From positions 62,001 to 126,000 of the forward strand of contig NIVC01000774.1 of assembly GCA_002269645.1 (NCBI GenBank): a DNA stretch of 64,000 bases, given 5' to 3'. This DNA comes from Macrostomum lignano (Eukaryota). Below, one piece after another: positions 29,101 to 40,560 of the stretch; within the stretch, counting starts at the first letter, position 1, and each line of letters starts with the position of its first letter. The translations under genes and the position numbers were made by a program. Below the pieces are notes generated by a model. That model ran no database searches, was not told the DNA's origin, and worked only from the letters and a program-made list of their open reading frames with translations.

Positions 29101-32100
29101 CCTCCTGGTCGACATCCTCGTTGCCCGCGACACCAACATGACCGGGTACCCACTGCAGCACCACTCTGGTAACTTGGCTAATCTCACGGAGTCTACTGAT
29201 CAGGCGGTACGACGTGGTATCCTGGGTAGCTTTCTCGCTGCTGAGCTTGAGGAGGGCCGATTTACAGTCCGTCAGGATGATGGCATTTCGCGGCTTGGCC
29301 TCCGCAATGGTATCCAGTGCCAGCTCCAGGGCTCGCTCCTCCGCAACCAGGGAGCTGCACCACTCCCCGGCCGCCGCTTTCTTGACGCGTCTCTCCGTGT
29401 CAAAGTACACGACACAAGCTGCACCACCCTTACGCTGCCCTTCTCCAACAGACCCATCCGTGTAGATTGACAAATCGAATTTGCCCCAGGCGTTAATGGT
29501 GTCGATCGTCTCTGTGGCGAGGTTGCTGTCACCCTTCTTTCCTCCGCGAATAAGCTCCGTAGCGATCACGACGCCGTCCATATGTAGCCGTCTCCACGGC
29601 GGGTGTCTCTTTCTGGTGAAGCCCTCTCTGGGGTGGGTCGACCTCCTCAGGCATTCCTCTCTGGCCTGATCCCTCCACCCTTTGTTCGCCTGAAGTCTGC
29701 GGTTTCCGGTTCTTTCACTACACTCCCTGAGCGGGTCTCCCTCTGGGGCTCTGGTGGCCTTTTCCCAGGCCAGCATCGCCCTTTTGCGCGCTTGATAACG
29801 GATCGGCTCGATATTAGTCTCCACGTACACCGCTTCAATGGGGGTGGAACGCACCAGTCCCGCAGCTAGACGGAGACATTCTCTCTGAGCACGTTCGAGT
29901 TTTTCAAAGCTAGTGCTGGACAGCCAGGGGAGCCACGCTGGGGCGCAGTACCAGATACAACTCTCAACAATACTTTTGTAGATCAACAGGAGTTCCTCGT
30001 CCTCCAGCCCCAGCTGGTATTAGCCAGGACACGGATAGCTCTAACTCTGCGTTTCATTTTGTTTAGCACGGCCTCCGTATGAGCCGCGAACGTTAAGCCG
30101 CCATCGATGGTGATACCCAGGTATTTAAGTTTCCTCACAGTGGCGATAGTGCGGCCGGCGATCGTGAGTCCCGTGACAGCAGACTTGTCCTTAGGAGATC
30201 TACTAAAAATACAACATTCGCATTTGGTTGGATTTAGCTCTATCTTCAGCACTTTGGCCCACCTCTCGATCTTAATCAGCGCTCTCTGGATGGTATCTCT
30301 GACCTCCGAGTACACGGTACCAGAGGCCCAGATGGCGAGGTCGTCGGCGAAGCCGCCATATTCCACGCCCTGCTCGGTGAGGCCGTTCCAGCCGTTAGCG
30401 TAAAGGAGGAATAACGCTGGGGAGCTCACCGCTCCTTGCGGCAGTCCCTCCTGGAAGCGTCTGAATTTGCTGGTCTCATCGCCCACGCGCACTCTGCCTT
30501 TGCGGTCCTCCAGGAAGCTGGCGAACCACTTAACGAGGTGCGCTGGGACTTTTTCTTCCAGCATTCTATCCATCAATTTGACCCGCCACACTCTCTCGTA
30601 TGCTTTGGAGCAGTCCAGGGTGACGGCAACGGTCTTGAGCGGGCGGCGCTCCTCCCAGCCATCCTGGATGGATTGCACTAACCGGATCACTTGCTCTTCA
30701 GTGCTGCGGCCTCTTTGGAAGCCCGCCTGCCAACTTTTGATGATCTTGTTGTCTTCCATCCAAAAGTACAGCCGATTAGTGACCATCCGCTCCATCAGCT
30801 TCGCACACACCGGGGTGAGGCTGATAGGGCGATACGACTCACGCTGCTTCGGATCTTTGCCGGCTTTGAGCAGTGGTATGATCTCGGCTTTCTTCCAGAT
30901 CCCGGGGCACGAGTGCTCCGCCCAACTGCGGTTGAAGATGTCGAGCCAGCGATCTAAGCACTGTTCGGGCAAGTTCTTAAGGAACCGTACCTCAATACCG
31001 TCGACGCCACCTTTTTTGTCTGCAGCCATCTGGTCAAGTGCGTCTTTGAGTTCTTCGCGGGTGAACGGGGTGCTGAATTCAGCGCCCTCGTTGTACGTCC
31101 TTAGTTTCTTGGCGACCTCAGCTCTTAACGCCCGCTCTTCTTTACCCAGCTGGACTTTGCTGTTTGATGCATACAAATTAATGAAGACCGCCGCTTTTTC
31201 CTTGTCGGTTCTAGCTTCTCGTCCTTCGTTGACCACGATCTCGTTAGGGACACAGTCCTCCTTAACCGCGTGCAGGGTCTTGATCAGCCTCCATGTGCTT
31301 TTGCCGTCATCTCCTTCTTGCAGCTTACTCACGTGCTCTCTCCAGAAGGCGGAACGTTTCTCTTTGATGAGATTGCTAAGGGTTTCGTTAGCGCTGTGCC
31401 ACCGCGCTCTACTATCAGAGTTTTCTCTACTTTCCTTATCACTGCTGTTGTTGCTGCTGTTGTTGAACCAACTGAGGCTGTGGAGGCTGCATGGGCTCAG
31501 ATGGCGTGTCCGGCAGGTAGCTGGGCGAGAGCGGCGGCCCGGCGGAGCGGCCGCCAGTGCCGGCGCTGTAGGAGCTGGCGCGGGACGAGCGCAGCGAATC
31601 GAGGCCGACGCTGTCCAAGGAGTGGCCAGACGAGCCCCGGCTGAACACCAACGGCGTCGGCTGCACGGAGCCGCCGGGCGCCGAGGCGGATGCGGAAGCA
31701 GCTGGCGTGGCCGCAGTCGATTCGGCCACTGCTGCTGCTGCAGTGACAGATGCACTGGCGCCGGCGCAGCCATCCGTGCCGTCCTGCCCGCCAGCAACAG
31801 AGCCGGCAAGGCGGACGCACTGCGGCAGGGTCAGCTCCGACTGGCCGGACGAATTGTAGTGCACGGAGGCCGATAGCGGCTGCTGGCCGGATCGGTCATG
31901 GGTCACGTCGGACACGGCGCTGCGCAGGCTTTCCTGGCTGGCCGAGCGCTGCGGACTGCACAGAAGTGGCCGGGGCGACGAGCTTGGTGTTCCCGCTGCC
32001 TTCCCAGATGCCGACGCCGGAGCTGCCGATGCCGTTGCTGTCGCCGACTGGCGTCCGGCATGCTGACTGCTGCTGCTACTGAGGCTTCGGCTGCCGGCGC

Positions 32101-34887
32101 TATTGTTGCTGCTGCAGCCAGTGCCGGCGCCAGTGTGGGGCGGCGGCAGCTCAGCCGAATCGTGCAGCCTGGCTGAGACCAAATTCTTCAGGGCGCTGGC
32201 GCTGGCCAGGCGAATCACCTGGTGGAGTTGGCGATGTTGCATTGGAGATGCATTGCAGTGGGCTAGATTAGCAATCCATTACATCCCACTATATGCGGGA
32301 TAGATTAGCAATCCATTACATCCCACTATATGCGGGATAGATTAGCAATCCATTACATCCCATTGTCTCTGGGATAGATTAGCAATCCATTACATCCCAC
32401 TATATACGGGATAGATTAGCAATCCATTACATCCCACTGTCTATGGGCTAGATTAGCAATCCATTAGATCCCATTGTCTCTGGGCTAGATTAGCAATCCA
32501 ATACATCCCACTATTTACGGGCTAGATTAGCAATCCATTACATCCCACTATTTACGGGCTAGATTAGCAATCCCTTACATCCCACTATTTACGGGCTAGA
32601 TTAGCAATCCCTTACATCCCACTATTTACGGGCTAGATTAGCAATCCCTTACATCCCACTATTTACGGGCTAGATTAGCAATCCATTACATCCCACTATT
32701 TACGGGCTAGATTAGCAATCCCTTACATCCCACTATTTACGGGCTAGATTAGCAATCCCTTACATCCCACTATTTACGGGCTAGATTAGCAATCCCTTAC
32801 ATCCCACTATTTACGGGCTAGATTAGCAATCCCTTACATCCCACTATTTACGGGCTAGATTAGCAATCCCTTACATCCCACTATTTACGGGCTAGATTAG
32901 CAATCCCTTACATCCCACTATATGCTATTAGGCATGCATAGACGCTATCAAATCACCTTGTGCTTAGACTGAATGAGACAGCGCAGCATTGGCACGGCGC
33001 CAAGGCGGGTCAGCAGTCTCTGATCGGCCAGATGATTAGAAGACAGATTCCACAGAATGCCGCAGGCGTTAGCAACCACAGTTAAAGAGGCTGAGCGCAG
33101 CTGGGTGAGCAGAACAGGAAAAGCAGGCCTAACAGCTGAGCGGAGATCCTCGCGCACGGCCACAACCGAGCTGATGTTGCGCAACACGCCGCCGCCAGTC
33201 TCGGCCAGGCTGGGGTTGCAGGTGAGACAGGCGCACAGCAGGCTGAGAGAGCCGGGCACAGCGCAGATGGCCTCCTTGTTGGCTGTGGAGTGGGCCGACA
33301 GGTTCCACAGGGCCGACAGCAGGCTGCGAAGGGTGGTCTCTCGCCTAACCTGGAGAGAGAGTGCAAGAATAATAAGGCAAAGTAGATGATTAAGAATAAA
33401 AGGAGAGAAGAAAAAGGAAAATAAGACAAGGTCGAAAGAGGAAGAAGAAGAGGAAGAAGTAGAGGAAGAAGAAGAAGAATAATAATAATAAGAAGAAGAA
33501 GAAGGAGAAGAAGAAGAAGAAGAAGAAGAAGGAGAAACAGAAGAAGAAATAGAAGAAGAAAAAGAAGAACTGCTAACTCTTACAGGTCACAGTTCAATTC
33601 GCAATACAACAGCATATATATGCATAGAGACAACCAACCTGAAGCGCCGCTCTCGTCAGTACACCGGCCGCGCCAAGCCGGCCAAGAACGGCCCGACACT
33701 CGGCGTCCGCCTGCCAGCTAAGATTTCTAATAACGGCGGCGGTCACCTGGCAGAGCTCCTCCTCAACCGGTTGGGCAACGCCGACGGCTAATCCGGGCGG
33801 CGATTTCAGCTGTTCAACGAGCGACCAGACGGCCGGCGCCCGGAGGCAAACGCGACGCTTGCAGGCGGCATCGCCGTAGCTCAAGTTAGTGAGAGCGCTG
33901 GCGGCGTAGCGGCGCAGAAATAGGCTGCATGGCGGCGGCCGGTACTGGGTGCGGCAGAAGTCGACAAGCAGCAGGTCGGACAGGCACTCAACTCCGCCCA
34001 ATTCAGCTATGGCTGGTCGGTCAGTGTCCGAGTAGGACAGTTCAAGCAGCACGGACAGGGCGCTGCAGCAGCGGTCGCGCAGGGCGTCAACGGCAACTTC
34101 GGCAGGTGGAGGAGACGACAAGGAGGCCAGCTGGCCGCAGCGGCACAGCACAGCACGGACGGCATCGCAGTAGGCGCGCACCTGGTCCAGGTGGCACAGG
34201 ATGAGCTTCTCCTTGGCGCCAGCCTCCGGACAAGCGGCCAGATTAGCCAGTATTTGAGCTGCCCGGTCTCGCACTGGCCTGGGCGGCAGGCTAGCGTGCG
34301 GGCTCGGACAGCGGGACTCCGGACAGGGGTCGCGGGTCTCCGGGCCGTACAGCAGCGGCAGCACGAGCCCAAACGGCTGGCCCTGGCGAAGGCGGCTGCA
34401 GTCCACGGGATCGGTGGACATCCGCAGCAGCGCCTGGCTGAGTTGATCCGGATCGTCGGCCGGAGCGCCGCCGGCGCCGTCAAGAGAATCGAGATCGTCT
34501 AAATCGGCGAGGGCGCACGTTGAAGTGACGGTTGACTCGTCCAGATGCTGCTGCCGCTGGCTCCGCTGTTGCTGCTGTTGGCGCCGGTGCTGCCCAGTCC
34601 GGGAGCCGGCAAGGCTGGCCGCGGGACTGGCCGGGCTGTTCAGCGGCGGCGGCTGGGCGATGCCGGCAGAGGCTGCGGCGGCTGCCGACGACTCGTCGGC
34701 GGCGTAGACGCTGGCCAGCCAGGCGGACAGTTGAGCAGATGCTCGAGAGGCGGACGCGGCTGCAGTTGCTGACGTAGCTGTCGCTCGGCCATGATGGCGC
34801 TGCTGCTGCTGCTGCTGGTGCTGGTGTTGTTGCGATTGCACAGGAGCGGCAGTGATTGGCATTGCCTGGGCCTGGAGAGCTCGCAGC
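23197..34887 (-). CDS. APC: Adenomatous polyposis coli homolog (~2,040 aa reconstructed), interrupted by a LINE; exons 34887-33639, 33349-32957, 32218-31442 [LINE] 28654-27983, 27049-25285, 24482-23197; a further 5' exon is likely
   Basis: APC-type armadillo repeats (LRRYAASALTNLSYGD, AAVIRNLSWQAD, TTLRSLLSALWNLSAHSTANKEAICAVPG, ANACGILWNLS, IQSKHK|VIRLASASALKNL). 20-aa-repeat-like motifs (VFHVEHTP, TYKTEDTPAHFS). SAMP-like motifs (ILQDCIRSGMP, LLEACISSAMP). All splice phases are compatible. Confidence 0.93.
23440..24330 (-). repeat. Coding Gln-rich repeat (~290 codons, QPQKQQQ/QLQKQQQ units) in the last APC exon
   Basis: ORF 23197..24441. Confidence 0.9.
24535..25095. repeat. Homogeneous 23-bp array CCAGTTATGAGTAGTGCAGCCTA (~24 copies) in APC intron 24483-25284
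   Basis: Direct reading; copies are essentially identical. Confidence 0.97.
27180..27935. repeat. 34/32-bp minisatellite CTCATAGCAATGCTACTAATCTTCCTTGTGAGAT in APC intron 27050-27982
   Basis: Direct reading. Confidence 0.95.
28655..31441 (-). mobile_element. 5'-truncated RT + RNase H non-LTR retrotransposon (second family) inserted in an APC polyQ exon
   Basis: RT: YRPISL, QAGFQR, LDCSKAYERV, GLPQGAV, FADD. RNase H: IYTDGS, ILTDCKS, WVPGHVGVAGNEDVD. Zn finger: CQDC..HWVWC. Stop at 28694, ~20-nt 3' UTR, (AC)10 tail, probable (A)CAGCAG TSD. One frameshift at ~29995. Confidence 0.93.
32265..32925. repeat. 37-bp minisatellite TAGATTAGCAATCCCTTACATCCCACTATTTACGGGC in APC intron 32219-32956
   Basis: Direct reading. 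Confidence 0.95.
33430..33570. repeat. (GAA)n-rich microsatellite in APC intron 33350-33638
   Basis: Direct reading. Confidence 0.9.
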
Positions 34888-37800
34888 CTATATGGGGGGG
34901 GGATTAAGATGGGTGTTACTTTTTATCAACTTATCTACTATTAGTAGGAATAATAGAACAGTATATACCAAGTTTGAGAATATTTGCTAAGCCTCGAGAG
35001 CCGCAGGCGCGTATAGCTTCTCAAGATCAGGGGTTAAATTTATATTTATGCATTAATTTTCGCGTTGAAGGTGTTGAATATCTAATAAACTGTCATGATT
35101 TTAATCTCTATGGCTTAGGGTTCTGATAACGAATCAAAGTGTTATAGTTAATTCAGTTACCAATGCCCCTCTTGACCATGGCAGGAAAATGACCAGCCAA
35201 TACAGTGGTAAATTGAGTGGCAAATTCAGAGAGCAGCTCCGAAGACCTAAGCTGTGATAAAGGCAGCGGTAGAGAGGAAATTGACTTTAGAAACTGAAGG
35301 CGAAGCTGTAGAAAAATAATAACGGCTACTGGGATGAAAGAGCTGGGCAGGCAGGCAAATGAGGGCGGTTTAGTTATCCCACGGCTATGCAGAAGAAATC
35401 GATGGGATCTTACTACAGCCGCGCAGTTATATATAAAGTTGAAGCTATTTTGTGAATAGGCCGCATAGCAGCTTAGTAAGTAGCAAGGCTATGCAGGCTA
35501 CGCTATCCAACATTAGCAATCACTCTGCGCAGCTAAAAGGTGAATGCCCAGCACATATAAATACTGACGGGGCGATTCTCATTTAGAAGCGTCTCAGTTC
35601 GCTTAAACGAGGATTTTAAATGACAGGGATTGGCGGCAAGCCCAGCGTGGGCGCGCACAGACTGATGAGTCATTCAAACAAGCGCTATTTGCCATTTTTT
35701 GCCTTAAACTGCACAGCAGGAGTCGGCGCGCGTGCGTTCGAGTGTATTTTTTTCCCACTGGTGTCTTGCCTGGACGGGGGAATCAAAGAAGAGAATTAAT
35801 TGAAGCGGGCCGGCATACCATAAGGTTCGGTAGATAAAATGCCGCTTTATCAATAGATTTTCCGTGTGCTCGTTTCGCTCTATCCGCCGTGATGCATTAA
35901 GAAGCAACAGCAACACCCCTTGCCAATTGCCAAATAGATGCACTACTGGACTACTGGGCGCACAAACCAACAACAACAACAACAGAAGGAAACTGTTGCA
36001 AACTGATGAAAATGGTTGCCCCCCCCCTCAGTTTACAATTTGCAAAAAAGCAACACGATGCCGGATTGAGGCAAGAGTGCCCGGGCGTGTCGTCTGGACA
36101 GGACTGTGACAGCTGAATTGGACGAAAATGATTAAGCAGTTTGCTTGCATTTTCCCCTTCCAGTCCAATGTGTTTTTTTCTTTTCAATTCCTCTTCGCCC
36201 GGAACACACTGGCCAATTAATCAGTGTCGTTAGTGCGCGAAAGTGATCAGCTGGGTAATTGGCCCTGGCCCGAATAGAGACCAAGCGAGTGGGCGTATTG
36301 AGTTACGCAGCGCGGTACGCAGAAGCAACTGTGTGTGTTTTTTTGCAGACTTGAGCGGCACTGAATTGAACAATTGGCTCTGGCAAGAGAAAGCAAACAG
36401 ACTGGCTTCCAAAGCATTGATTTGATGCCAATGCTAGTTCTAGTTAGTGCATATAGTTAGTTGCAAATAAATTCGCCTTCCGGATCCAAGCTCATCACAA
36501 TGGCACTAACAAGGCCTTTCAGTGCAGCACGGCGCTAAAAAAGTGCCTCAGCTGCCGTAGAAAACCGATTATCTCATTTCTGGCATCGGAGAGAATTATT
36601 GTCCCCATTGTGTTTTCATAGGAAGCCTAGCAACTGCACGCTTCCGTTCAATGCTGTGTGAGCGCATTTTATACATTATTTCTCCCATTCACAGTGAGCT
36701 GTGATGCGAACCAAGCCTGGGAGATGATTGGATATTAAGGAGAGGCAAAGCAAGCGGGGAAGCTTGTTGATGGCATTGCGAGATAGGAGCAAAGGGTTGG
36801 AGAGACTCAATAGCGAACAAGTCAATCTCATTAAGCCAAATAATGAAGCTAAATATAATATATGGTTGCCAAGAGGATACTGGGGGAGTACGTATTGAAT
36901 AAAATATTAATTGTAGATTCTAACCAACGATGACGAAGCTGTGAACTGCTCGTGATTTAAACTTTCTCAGGCTCCCCTGGGCGGAAGTTCGCACCACCAT
37001 ATTGCGGAAAAGAGCATTGGTGAATTATATTTTAACAAAAATCTGACCTGACCAGCGGAACACAACTTTGTATTAGTGCAGCAGAGTTGGCTTTCACAAG
37101 GGCAGCTGTGTATTGCTAATGATTTAATCGCTACAGTCAATATTCACTTTAATATCCAAAGCTTTGCCGCCTGTGCTAATATGCATGCAACTGATCAGTA
37201 TCAAAAAGCAGCGGTCGGATGCGAACAATTGAAGCAAACAGAAAAACACAACGGTCAAGAGTTGTCAGTAAAAGCAGTAGATTGGTATCTAAATAACATT
37301 TTACAGTTTTATAAAAGTGCACTGTGCCATCCAAAAAAGTCTATCAATTGATTTGCCCTGCTCTTATATGATTAACACAATTAGTCAGTATAGAGTATGT
37401 AGCTATGTGTAATTAGTGCTGCTAGACATTGTGGCCCTGTTACCACAGCCCCAGCCAGGGAAACTACAGCTCAGCGAAATAGACTGGTATGGATATGGGA
37501 ATTTAAAAAAAGACAGCCAAACTCGGTCCATGCAAACGAGATGCGGAAGGGAAAGCGTGGTGGCTCATTTCTGGGTTCAGCAGTCGCCGTGGGAATTGGG
37601 TTAGATGAGAGCAGGGCGAGGGAATGAGAGTGGGGGGGTAAGAGGGAAAACACTAGCAGCATGAGCAGGCTTTGGGAGGGGGAGGGCGGCGGTTGAAGAA
37701 GGCGAATAAAGCGGGGACTCTGCGTCTGCAGGCTCCCCCCCCCATGCCGAAATCCCCACACGGCGTCGCCTCGGCCGCAGCAGCAGCAGACAGACGCGCG

Positions 37801-39854
37801 CACCATACAGAGAAAAAAGTAGTATGCACTTTTCTATTGCAGCCAGTCAGCATTTTGTGGAGGCCTTCGGATTATCCGTCAGCGCAGCACAGCCAGCCCT
37901 GAGGCCCAACCTCCAAACCTTATCAAGTCATCACGCTTCTATCCTGCCTGGCTGAGAGAGGCTGCACACAGCGAGAGAGATGGAGAGACCTGGTAGCCTA
38001 CCCCCCCCCCGCCCTACTCAGCGGCGTACAATTGAATTTCGCGCTGTCACAATTCCGGAGTCAGTACAGAGGCAAATATTCCCAGATCATCTAACTCCTA
38101 ACCGGCTCTCAACTCTGCTTCCATCCCCAAACCCCGGTATAAACTGTCAGTCAATGATCGGGCAGGCTATAGGACCAACCTGTTGACCAAGCAACAATGC
38201 CCCAACGGTCCGCTTCCAACTCAGCCAAATGGCGCCTGTCATAACAGAAATGGTAGGGGAGCGGGGGAGTTAAAAAACTAAGGCAAGAAGGCGTCAGTGG
38301 GAAAATGGATTAGCTAGCATTTCAAACTGACGCTGGACAGCTCTATACAGTAGATGGCAGCATGATGGACACATGCGGAGTCTGGCTGTACTGGCGAGGC
38401 TGGACACGAAAAAATCCAATAGCTGTACTTAACCCAGTGGTATAATGTTTCTGCAATTGCTGTTTTGAGATTGCTTCTCTATGCACTTGGCTAGATCAGC
38501 TGGCCTGAAGCCATTGGCAAGCTGAAAGGCTCAACATCAGCACTAAGCGGATGTCGGCTTGCGATAAGGAAAAGAGAGGGACAGACGGATTCTTCGCATC
38601 TATTCTGAAAATAAAAAATTCCCTCAAAAAATTGTTGATGCACAAAATATGCCGATTTTAAATAAGCCAGCCTACGTAAGAGCTTTCGAAATCGGCCTTA
38701 GATACAAAAACGCAGGAAAAATAAAATCGAAACACATGCGACTGGGAAGGGGGGGGACAGGCTGCAGTCAAAGGCGCGGACGATTTGAATAGAGAGGCAA
38801 AGGCAAGGCAGAGAATTAAAAAGCAATCAGAATTTTCTGACTCACTTGAATAAAGCCGAACCCAGCTGCGCCACAATTGACTGAATATTAAACTGTGACT
38901 TCCCATGCGCGTTTCTCCCGCCTCTCCCAAATAGGCCTTTTTCGTATGCACTGGATGTCGAACTCCGATTTCGGGACAAGCCCAGGGAGAATGACAGAAG
39001 AAGAAAATAATCTCTATGTTTTGGCAAGCGGATAAAAACTCTGCTTGCTGCAAAAACTTGCTGTGTGCGCAAGCAGTTCAGCATTGAATAACAGAAATTC
39101 GGTACAACTGCTTGACGCCTGCCGGGAGGTGGGTGGGCCGAAAGCCACTCTCAAACCAGTGATTAAGAAACCTCCAGCAAGCAGCCTCTCTACAGCTATA
39201 GCTATGCACTCAATACTGGATAGCAAAAGGAAACGCTAAATTGGCGGACAAAAGCCGGAAAATACGTTAAAAAATGTTTCATTCAGCCAAGAGAAGCGAG
39301 GGCAGCAAAGCTAGGCGTTTGTTTGGGAACAGAATTTTTCTTTTTAGAACCCTTTGCGTAGAAAAGAAATGTTTTTATAATGATAAGAGGAAATTGCAAA
39401 TCTATGTGACACTGTCTGATGATAAAATAGCAAGAGTTTCTATAAGCTTTCCGACTGCCCAAACGGTGACAATATTTCATAAATCATAGTTACTAGTACA
39501 TAAAAATAAGGTTGGGCTATGGACATAGCTTTAAGAGCCATGCTATCTTAGCCTTATATAAGCCAAATTTGAAAATGCATGACTGAGCGAGGACTTCGTA
39601 AGTCACTTCCTAATCTTGATTAAGTCCTTGTGGCTGAGTCTGCTTGTCCTAGACTGAAATAGCATGGCTTTAGACATAAAAATTTAGTACTAGATTTTAA
39701 TGCTCCAGAAGTATTTTTATGGCCACACCTTTTATTTATCGGACTTAAAAAACACAAAAAGGTTAGCTCGGTTGGTTGTCCCTAGGCTGAGATATATTGA
39801 CCAAACCTATATTATAAGATTCTTGACTTCCGTGTACCCTACCCTATGGCGGCA

Positions 39855-40560
39855 TTTGGTATGGCAGGAGGTGGCGAATTCTAGGAAAGGATGCCCGGAA
39901 CGGGAAGTGGTCGAACTCGTACAGGATATGGCAGGAAGTGGCAAATTCTAGGAAAGGATGCCCGGAACGGGAAGTGGTTGAACTCGTACAGGATATGGCA
40001 GGAAGTGGCAAATTCTAGGAAAGGATGCCCGGAAGTGGTCGAACTCGTACAGGATATGGCAGGAGGTGGCAAATTCTAGGAAAGGATGCCCGGAACGGGA
40101 AGTGGTTGAACTCGTACAGGATATGGCAGGAAGTGGCAAATTCTAGGAAAGGATGCCCGGAACGGGAAGTGGTTGAACTCGTACAGGATATGGCAGGAAG
40201 TGGCAAATTCTAGGAAAGGATGCCCGGAAGTGGTCGAACTCGTACAGGATATGGCAGGAGGTGGCAAATTCTAGGAAAGGATGCCCGGAACGGGAAGTGG
40301 TTGAACTCGTACAGGATATGGCAGGAAGTGGCAAATTCTAGGAAAGGATGCCCGGAACGGGAAGTGGTTGAACTCGTACAGGATATGGCAGGAAGTGGCA
40401 AATTCTAGGAAAGGATGCCCGGAAGTGGTCGAACTCGTACAGGATATGGCAGGAGGTGGCAAATTCTAGGAAAGGATGCCCGGAAGTGGTCGAACTCGTA
40501 CAGGATATGGCAGGAAGTGGCAAATTCTAGGAAAGGATGCCCGGAACGGGAAGTGGTCGA
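39855..40560. repeat. 67/61-bp satellite with a 195-bp higher-order repeat
   Basis: Marker CTAGGAAAGG at 39881, 39948, 40015, 40076, 40143, 40210, 40271, 40338, 40405, 40466 and 40527 (spacing 67,67,61 three times, then 61). Confidence 0.95.

Noticed and set aside
28654-31442. LINE 2 removed by splicing (CA|gtgata ... acacag|)
   Set aside because: The donor is phase 2 while the nearby acceptors are phase 0, so splicing would shift the APC frame, and there is no polypyrimidine tract.
4925-32925. Branch-point-like pentamers (CTAAT, CTCAC, CTCAT) inside intronic repeat units
   Set aside because: Degenerate 5-mers are expected by chance in 23-37-bp units.
39855-40560. Regular arrays here and elsewhere as CRISPR
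   Set aside because: The units are contiguous near-identical tandem copies with no unique spacers, no cas genes are present, and the context is eukaryotic.
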